Origin: Spirochaetia bacterium
GTDB lineage: Bacteria > Spirochaetota > Spirochaetia > SZUA-6 > Bin103
Assembly: GCA_965203515.1 (NCBI GenBank)
Contig: OZ241907.1
Coordinates: forward strand, 1,152,001-1,216,000
Length of the DNA: 64,000 nt
Reading direction: 5' to 3'
The position numbers and the translations under genes are program-made. Below are positions 57,957 to 64,000 of the stretch, one piece after another (position 1 is the stretch's first letter; every line of letters begins with the position of its first letter). The notes below the pieces were generated by a model that ran no database searches, was not told the DNA's origin, and saw nothing but the letters and a program-made list of their open reading frames with translations.

Positions 57957-58634
57957 GTGATCCGCCGGGCCCGAGCATCCCTGCCCTGCGTACTCTTGAG
58001 CATGATGCTGGTGGCTCAGGGGTGCGCGCGTTCCCGAGGCGGCGCATCCGCAGGAGCGGACGCGCCGTCCGCGGCGCCGGCGCAACAGGCCGCGGAGACC
58101 GCTCCGGTGGACGAGGGGCGCGGCGATCACTCGGGCGGGCCGTCGACCGACCGGCAGCCGGCTGCGGTCGGTTCCTCCGGCTTGCTCGCCTACCGCCCGC
58201 TCCGCCGGCTGTTGCCGGAAGACGCCATGATCGGCCCGCTGGCCGACGAGTTGAACGCCGCGGCCGGCGAACGCGCCGCGCTGACCGCGGTTGAACGGCT
58301 GCTTGCGGCGGTGCGGAGCGGCGGCCTGAACGACGCGCCGCTCTCCGCCGCGGCACGCGTCCACGTGGCGGCATCGATCGGCCACCACCTGCGCCGCGGC
58401 GTGACGCTGTCGAGCTTCCGGCTCGGCATGGTGGAACGGACCGGCGACACGGCGTTTCTGCGCGCGCGTCTGTCCGGCCCGCTCGGCAGCATTGCGGCCG
58501 AACTGTATCTGATCCAGGAGAACGACCGATGGTTCGTCGACGATCTGCAGGCGGATTGGGCGGCGCTGCAGCGCTCCCAACCCGCACCCGACCCGATACC
58601 CCTGCCGCGGCCGCACGGATGGACGTGGTTCTGA
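57957..58634 (+). CDS. Putative lipoprotein, hypothetical
   Basis: VAQG-C lipobox-like, low-complexity linker, C-terminal WFVDDLQ. Confidence 0.6.
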   Translation: MIRRARASLPCVLLSMMLVAQGCARSRGGASAGADAPSAAPAQQAAETAPVDEGRGDHSGGPSTDRQPAAVGSSGLLAYRPLRRLLPEDAMIGPLADELNAAAGERAALTAVERLLAAVRSGGLNDAPLSAAARVHVAASIGHHLRRGVTLSSFRLGMVERTGDTAFLRARLSGPLGSIAAELYLIQENDRWFVDDLQADWAALQRSQPAPDPIPLPRPHGWTWF

Positions 58635-60616
58635 GCCGGCTCCGCCGCTGGCGGATCGTTGCGCTGCCGGTCCTGTGGATGGTGTGGATGGCGCTCGGTT
58701 CGTTCGCGGCCTCTGCCCAGGAGCTTGAAGCGCCCGCCCGTCAGACCGTGGAACGCGCGGCGCAGCAGGTCGCCGCCGTGGTCGCACGCGCGGTGCCCGA
58801 TCAGACCCACACGATCCTGTACGTCGAACCGGTGCTGACCGACGAGCAACGCCGGACGCGGCTCGGCGCTCGGCTGCGCGGCGTGCTGCAAGTGACGCTG
58901 GTGCGCCACTACCTCAAGACCCGCCTGCTCGAGCAGCCGACCGCCAGCGCTCCCACGGCAGCCGCGGTGCGCGTCGTGGTCGAGCTGCAGCCGTTCGATC
59001 ACCACGTGACCGCCCTGGTCCGGATCCTCGATCGCGACGGCCTGCTGGTCGATGCCGATCTGGTCGACATGCCGCGCTCTGCCGCCATTTCCGCGCTGCT
59101 GCAACCCGACACGTGGCTGGAGCCCGACGCGCCGCAGTTGACGCTCCCGGTCCCGGAGGAGGGACGCCCGGACCCGACGCCGTCCGAGCCGGCCTCGGAC
59201 CGCCCGGCGCCGCCGCAACCCCCGCCGTCCGAACCGACCTCGGACCGCCCGGCGCCGCCCGAACCTCCGCCGCCCGAACCGGCCTCGGACCGCCCGACGC
59301 CGCCGGAACCTCCGCCGCCCGAACCGGCCCCGGACCGCCCGACGCCGCCGCAACCTCCGCCGCCCGAACCGGCCCCGGACCGCCCGACGCCGCCGCAACC
59401 CCCGCCGCCCGAACCGGCCCCGGACCGCCCGGCGCCGCCGCAACCCCCGCCCGATCGCTTCCCGGCGCCGACGCCGCCGGAGCCGCCCCCCGCGCAAGCG
59501 CTCGCCGCTCCGGCGCCGCCGGCACCGCCGGCACCGCCCCCGGCCGACCCGACGCCTGGCCTGCCGGAAGACGCCTACGAGCCGGACGACGCCCCCGGAT
59601 TCGAGGTGCCGGTACCCGCGGTGGAGGACGTCCGCTTCGAACGGACCCTCACCGACGACGACCGCGACCGCTTCGAGTTGTCGCTGCCGGCGGCAGCCGC
59701 GGTCACCGTGGCGATCGAAGCGGAGATCGAAACGCTCATCGCCCTGTACCTGGCCGGGAACGCCGTCCCGATCGGCGTGCACGACCGCGGGTTCAGCGGC
59801 GTGCTGGAGGCCGGCGCCTACCTGATCGAGATATTGGCTGCCAACGCCGCGACGACCGGCGCTTACGCGCTCGCCGTCAGCACGTCGCCCGAGCCTGCGG
59901 AAGCGGCCGGCCCCGCCGAACCCGGCGCGCAGCCGGAAGCCGTCCTGCCGCCGAGCGGCTCGGCGCCGGCAGCGGAGGGGGCGGGAGGTGCCGAAGCGCT
60001 CGCTCAGGCGACGGAGCTGCAATCCGGAGAGTCGCAGGAGCGGCTGATGCGGCAGCCGCCGGAGTGGCTGCAGCTCACCGCCGACCCCGGATTCTACGGC
60101 GTGACGGTCACGTCGGCTGCGGAAACGCTGCGGGCCAGCCTGCATCGCACGCGCGATGAACCGGCGTTCCTGCAGCTCGTGCCGTCCGCCGCCGGGGAGC
60201 AGGTCGGCGCGCTGTTCATCGGCGCCGACCTGCCGGTCCTGCGGATAGACGCCCCGGAGGCCGATCCGGGACTGCGCTATTCGGTCGCCTTCGAGCCGGT
60301 CTCACCGCCGCGCGCGTTCGCGGATCAGACGTGGGTCGAGCAGGCCGAGCTCGGCTCGCTCAAGCACCACACGCTGCGGATCATCAGCCGGGACGTCTAT
60401 CAGTTGTCGATGGAGTCGGCGTCGACGTCGGCGGCATCGGCGGAAGTCGAGGTGCTCCACGTGCCCGCCATGCGCCGGGCGGCGCCGCAGGCAGCGGACG
60501 TCAGCCGCTTCGACTTGCCGCCGGGAGACTACCTGATCCTGCTCCGGCCGCTCGGTGAGGGTACGGTCGGCCGCGTCTGCTGGCACCTGGCGCAAGGATC
60601 GTGGAACTGCAGTTGA
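58619..60616 (+). CDS. Exported protein with Pro-rich stalk and PPC-like beta-sandwich domains
   Basis: Signal peptide ..ASA-QE, DAYEPDD, LEAGAYLIEI...GAYALAV, LPPGDYLI. Confidence 0.75.
   Translation: MDVVLSRLRRWRIVALPVLWMVWMALGSFAASAQELEAPARQTVERAAQQVAAVVARAVPDQTHTILYVEPVLTDEQRRTRLGARLRGVLQVTLVRHYLKTRLLEQPTASAPTAAAVRVVVELQPFDHHVTALVRILDRDGLLVDADLVDMPRSAAISALLQPDTWLEPDAPQLTLPVPEEGRPDPTPSEPASDRPAPPQPPPSEPTSDRPAPPEPPPPEPASDRPTPPEPPPPEPAPDRPTPPQPPPPEPAPDRPTPPQPPPPEPAPDRPAPPQPPPDRFPAPTPPEPPPAQALAAPAPPAPPAPPPADPTPGLPEDAYEPDDAPGFEVPVPAVEDVRFERTLTDDDRDRFELSLPAAAAVTVAIEAEIETLIALYLAGNAVPIGVHDRGFSGVLEAGAYLIEILAANAATTGAYALAVSTSPEPAEAAGPAEPGAQPEAVLPPSGSAPAAEGAGGAEALAQATELQSGESQERLMRQPPEWLQLTADPGFYGVTVTSAAETLRASLHRTRDEPAFLQLVPSAAGEQVGALFIGADLPVLRIDAPEADPGLRYSVAFEPVSPPRAFADQTWVEQAELGSLKHHTLRIISRDVYQLSMESASTSAASAEVEVLHVPAMRRAAPQAADVSRFDLPPGDYLILLRPLGEGTVGRVCWHLAQGSWNCS
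59186..59452 (+). repeat. Six 45-nt tandem repeats (EPAPDRPTPPQPPPP)
   Basis: Units start at 59186, 59231, 59276, 59321, 59366, 59411. Confidence 0.93.
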
Positions 60617-60641
60617 CTGGAGCGCCCCCGGGTGCTATCCT
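60613..60641 (+). promoter_or_regulatory. Sigma70 promoter of the rpsF operon
   Basis: TTGACT-N17-TATCCT with extended TG at 60633. Confidence 0.65.
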
Positions 60642-60652
60642 TCGGCACTGTC

Positions 60653-60934
60653 GTGCGCGTCTACGAAGCTACGTTCATATTCAAACCGGAAGCCGATTCC
60701 GTCGATCGCGGCCAGGTATTGGTCAAAGAGGTCTTCACCAAGGCCGGCGGCACGTTCGTGGCCGAGGAAGACATGGGTGAGCGGCCGCTGGCCTACACCA
60801 TCAAGAAGGCCGACCGCGGCCGCTACGTCCACTATGAGATAGCGTCCGAGCCGACCGCGCTCCGCGATGCTGAGCGGGCCCTGCAGCTTGCGCCGGACAT
60901 CCTCAAGTACCTCATCGTCCGTAAGGAGGCGTGA
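60653..60934 (+). CDS. rpsF: 30S ribosomal protein S6
   Basis: YEATFIF, MGERPLAYTIKK..GRY, ILKYLIV. Confidence 0.95.
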   Translation: MRVYEATFIFKPEADSVDRGQVLVKEVFTKAGGTFVAEEDMGERPLAYTIKKADRGRYVHYEIASEPTALRDAERALQLAPDILKYLIVRKEA

Positions 60935-60935
60935 G

Positions 60936-61433
60936 ATGGACATCAATCACGTGGTCCTCGTCGGGCGCCTCACGCGCGATGCGGAGCTGCGATACACCAA
61001 CAGCGGCAGCGCGGTGGCCAATATCTCCCTGGCGATCAACACCCGCCGGCGCCGCGACGACCAGTGGGTCGACGAAGCCCACTTCTTCGACGCGGTCGTC
61101 TGGGGCAAGACCGCCGAGTCCCTGTCGCCGTACCTCACGAGAGGCAAGCAGATCGGCCTGGAGGGAGAGCTGCGGCAGAATCGATGGGAGCAGGACGGGC
61201 AACGGCGCAGCAAGGTGGAGATCTTCACGCGCAACATTCAACTGCTCGGCGGGCGCGATGGCGCAGGATCGGGCGGCGCGACCGGGCCGCGGGCGTCCGC
61301 CGATCGGATGGGAGCGGACCAGGGTCAGCCTGCCGGCCAGAGTGAGTATGGCGGCCCGGATGAGTACGGCGGCCCGGGTCAGTCCGGCGGCCAGGGTCAG
61401 TCCGGTGATCTCGGGGACGAAATACCCTTCTGA
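60936..61433 (+). CDS. ssb: Single-stranded DNA-binding protein
   Basis: INHVVLVGRLTRDAELRYT, WGKTAE, C-terminal DEIPF; AAGGAGG SD. Confidence 0.98.
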   Translation: MDINHVVLVGRLTRDAELRYTNSGSAVANISLAINTRRRRDDQWVDEAHFFDAVVWGKTAESLSPYLTRGKQIGLEGELRQNRWEQDGQRRSKVEIFTRNIQLLGGRDGAGSGGATGPRASADRMGADQGQPAGQSEYGGPDEYGGPGQSGGQGQSGDLGDEIPF

Positions 61434-61505
61434 TCGACCTGATCGATGCCCTGATCAATGCCCGCCTGATTCCCGCGACCGTCCGATGCACCGGGTTCGG
61501 AAACG

Positions 61506-62534
61506 ATGAGTGACGCCGACGACGCGCGCGCCGTTCGTTCCTACTGGATCGAGGTGGTCCTGCTGGCGGTCGTCGCGGCGATCAGCTATCTGGTCATTCC
61601 CCTGATCGGACCGCTGTTCTGCCTCGTGCCGCTGCAGGCGCTGCTCGTCCGCCGCGGCATCGCGGCATTCGGCTACGGAGCGGCGCTGTTCGGGATCGTT
61701 GCGGTCTCGTTCCGACTGCTGACCGGCTTGGCGGGACTGCCGGACCAGGTCGCCTCCGGCCTGATGCGCGCCGAGGCCGTGGTGCTGATCCTGTTGATCG
61801 GCGGCCTGTACGCGATCGCCGCGCCCCGTTTCGGTCAATACCGCGCGCTGTACCGGCTGATGGGCGCCACCGTCGCCGCCGGCGTCGTCACCGCGCCGCT
61901 GATGGGCGGGTTTCTGGAGATCGCCGGCACCGCGGCGGAGTCGATCCTGTTGAACTGGGCGCAGAGCACCTCCGCTTCGCTCGGCGAAGAGCTGGCCGCC
62001 GACACGGTGACCGGCGCGCGAGCCATGGCCGCCTCCTTCCGGGAAATGACCCCCGGCATACTGCGGAGCTATCTGCTGATCTACTTCGTGTTCCTCACCG
62101 CCCAGTGGTGGATCGGCACGTCCGTGGGCGCCCGCAGCGCACGGATGCCGTCACCGCTCCGGCCGGTGACGCTGTTCCGGGCTCCCGACCGGCTCGTATG
62201 GGTGCTGGCGGGGAGCTTGGCCGTGGTGGCCCTCGATCAGACCGGAGCGCTCGACCAGACCGGTCTGGAACTGCTCGCCGCGGTCGCCTGGAACGCGGGC
62301 CTCGTGGCCGCGTTCGTGTTCGGCATCCAGGGGATCGCGATCATACGGGCGTTCGGCGCCCGCTACGGCCACTCCGGCACCACGACCGGTCTGGTGATCG
62401 GCGTGCTGCTGATCATCGGCGTCTTTGCACTGTCGTGGCTGTTGCTTATCATCGCCGCGTTCGGAGCTTCCGAGATCTGGGTCCCCTACCGGCAGCGCCT
62501 GCAGGCCGGGGGCCCGGATCGGGACGACGAATAG
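61506..62534 (+). CDS. DUF2232/YybS-like membrane protein
   Basis: Multi-TM, F.AP..LVW, WN....F..QGIAI; sits upstream of rplI. Confidence 0.75.
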   Translation: MSDADDARAVRSYWIEVVLLAVVAAISYLVIPLIGPLFCLVPLQALLVRRGIAAFGYGAALFGIVAVSFRLLTGLAGLPDQVASGLMRAEAVVLILLIGGLYAIAAPRFGQYRALYRLMGATVAAGVVTAPLMGGFLEIAGTAAESILLNWAQSTSASLGEELAADTVTGARAMAASFREMTPGILRSYLLIYFVFLTAQWWIGTSVGARSARMPSPLRPVTLFRAPDRLVWVLAGSLAVVALDQTGALDQTGLELLAAVAWNAGLVAAFVFGIQGIAIIRAFGARYGHSGTTTGLVIGVLLIIGVFALSWLLLIIAAFGASEIWVPYRQRLQAGGPDRDDE

Positions 62535-62592
62535 CGAACGACCGTGAACTCGACCGGCGCGATCCGGTCCGATACCTGATGCGAGGTGCCTG

Positions 62593-63045
62593 ATGAAGGT
62601 GATTCTGAATGCCGACGTCGTCGGTCTGGGCGAAGAGGGTGACGTCCACGAGGTGAAGCCCGGCTACGCGCGCAACTTTCTGATTCCCCGGCAACTGGCC
62701 CTGCCGCACACGCCGGAGAACGTGCGCGCGATCGAGCGCCGCGCCGCCGAGATCGAGGGGCGCAAGAAGCAGAAGCGCACCGACGCGGCCAGCCTCAAGG
62801 AGCGCCTGGAGGGCGAGCTGCTGGTGTTCGAGGTGGCCGCCGGTGAGACCGGCAAGCTGTTCGGATCGATTTCGAACGCGAACATCGCCGCCGAGCTCGA
62901 CAAGCTCGGCTACGGCATCGAACGCCGCCGCATCGACGTGCCGGGCCATTCGCTGCGCACCACCGGCGAGCACAGCGCGGCGGTACGGCTCTACGACAGC
63001 GAAGTGGCCACGCTCTCGATACGCATAGACCCCGCCCGGTCTTAG
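62593..63045 (+). CDS. rplI: 50S ribosomal protein L9
   Basis: MKVIL, VKPGYARNFLIP, GKLFGSI. Confidence 0.98.
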   Translation: MKVILNADVVGLGEEGDVHEVKPGYARNFLIPRQLALPHTPENVRAIERRAAEIEGRKKQKRTDAASLKERLEGELLVFEVAAGETGKLFGSISNANIAAELDKLGYGIERRRIDVPGHSLRTTGEHSAAVRLYDSEVATLSIRIDPARS

Positions 63046-63054
63046 TCGGCTCCC

Positions 63055-64000
63055 GTGGCTGACGGAGGGCTTCGCGACTCGGTCCCTCCTCACAACCAGG
63101 AAGCCGAGGTGGCGGCGCTCGGCGCGCTGCTGCTCAACGAGGAAGCGCTGCCGGTGGTCCTGCGCTACCTGCGGCCGGATGACTTCTACCGCCCCGCCCA
63201 CCGCCGGATCTTCGAGGCGATCGTCGCGCTGTTCAACCGCAGCGACCCGGTCGATCTGATCACGCTCACCGACGAGCTGGAACGCACCGCAGCTCTGGAC
63301 GCGAGCGGCGGCGCTTCGTATGTCTCCGGGCTCACCTCCGGCGTGCCGACCAGCGCCAACATCGAATACTACGCGCGCCTGGTGCAGGGATGCAGCCTGC
63401 GCCGGCGCATGCTGGCGCTGTCGGCGGAACTCTCCGCCGACGCACGCAACGCCGGCCGCGACGTGCGCGAGGTGATCGACGCTGCGGAACAGCACATCTT
63501 CGACCTGTCCGACCAGCAGCTCGCCGGCTCGTACCGGAGCGCGCGGGAGATCATCAGTCCAACCGTGGCCAAGATCGAAGCGATCTCCCGCTCCGGCGCC
63601 GCCTATACCGGCGTCCCCAGCGGCTATCCGGATCTCGACCGGCTCACCAGCGGCTTCCAGGAGTCGGAGTTCATCGTCATCGGCGCGCGCCCGTCGGTGG
63701 GCAAGACCGCGCTCGCGCTGTCGATGGCGACCAACATCGCGATCAGGGCGGATCAGCCGGTCGCCGTCGGGCTGTTCACCTTGGAGATGTCCGGCTTCGC
63801 CGTGATGCAGCGCGTGCTGGCCGGCGAGGCGCGGATCGATTCGACGCGCATCCGCTCGGGATTGCTGAACCCGTCGGACTGGCAGAAGATCACCGAGGCG
63901 GCGGGACGCATCTACGACGCGCCGCTGTACATCGACGACACGCCGGGACTGCGCCTGCTCGACCTGCGCGCCCAGGCGCGCCGCATGCGCGCCCGGAACG
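63055..64000 (+). CDS. dnaB: Replicative DNA helicase (3' truncated by window; absent from the ORF track)
   Basis: Own translation from GTG 63055: VPPHNQEAE, DFYRPAHRRIF, GARPSVGKT, FTLEM. Confidence 0.96.
   Translation, partial: MADGGLRDSVPPHNQEAEVAALGALLLNEEALPVVLRYLRPDDFYRPAHRRIFEAIVALFNRSDPVDLITLTDELERTAALDASGGASYVSGLTSGVPTSANIEYYARLVQGCSLRRRMLALSAELSADARNAGRDVREVIDAAEQHIFDLSDQQLAGSYRSAREIISPTVAKIEAISRSGAAYTGVPSGYPDLDRLTSGFQESEFIVIGARPSVGKTALALSMATNIAIRADQPVAVGLFTLEMSGFAVMQRVLAGEARIDSTRIRSGLLNPSDWQKITEAAGRIYDAPLYIDDTPGLRLLDLRAQARRMRARN

Overview
High-GC (roughly 70% by eye) bacterial chromosome segment, most likely from a Spirochaetota bacterium. This is inferred from the ~915-aa TPR-GreA fusion, the scpA-scpB-rluB-cmk-rpsA cluster, the rpsF-ssb-DUF2232-rplI-dnaB order and an AGQEE-type ABC binding protein. 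Housekeeping blocks (1-19.5 kb, 45-64 kb) flank an accessory catabolic region around tRNA-Thr(CGT). That region holds three PhyH dioxygenases, an IS3-disrupted desaturase-like gene, a sugar ABC/kinase/aldolase operon and an MBL-LLM-hydrolase operon. Main signals: (1) a probable chromosomal dif site at 17466-17493, with KOPS octamers flipping orientation across it; (2) an Rpn (YhgA-like) nuclease with a perfect internal AGGAGG-N7-ATG start for a 73-aa intragenic antitoxin, head-to-head with a lipoprotein gene that is frameshifted in a G18 tract and carries ten ~40-aa GSGYT repeats; (3) a ~155-nt structured RNA candidate I cannot assign to a known family, with its own promoter, an anti-SD-like loop and a terminator overlapping the PBP1A start; (4) rpsR missing from the S6 operon, which also has almost no leader; (5) many apparently leaderless genes; (6) two related MITE/REPIN-like palindromic elements; (7) a 28%-GC islet with three inverted repeats. 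No CRISPR array, rRNA, prophage or reverse transcriptase was seen. All calls are by eye; no database searches were run.
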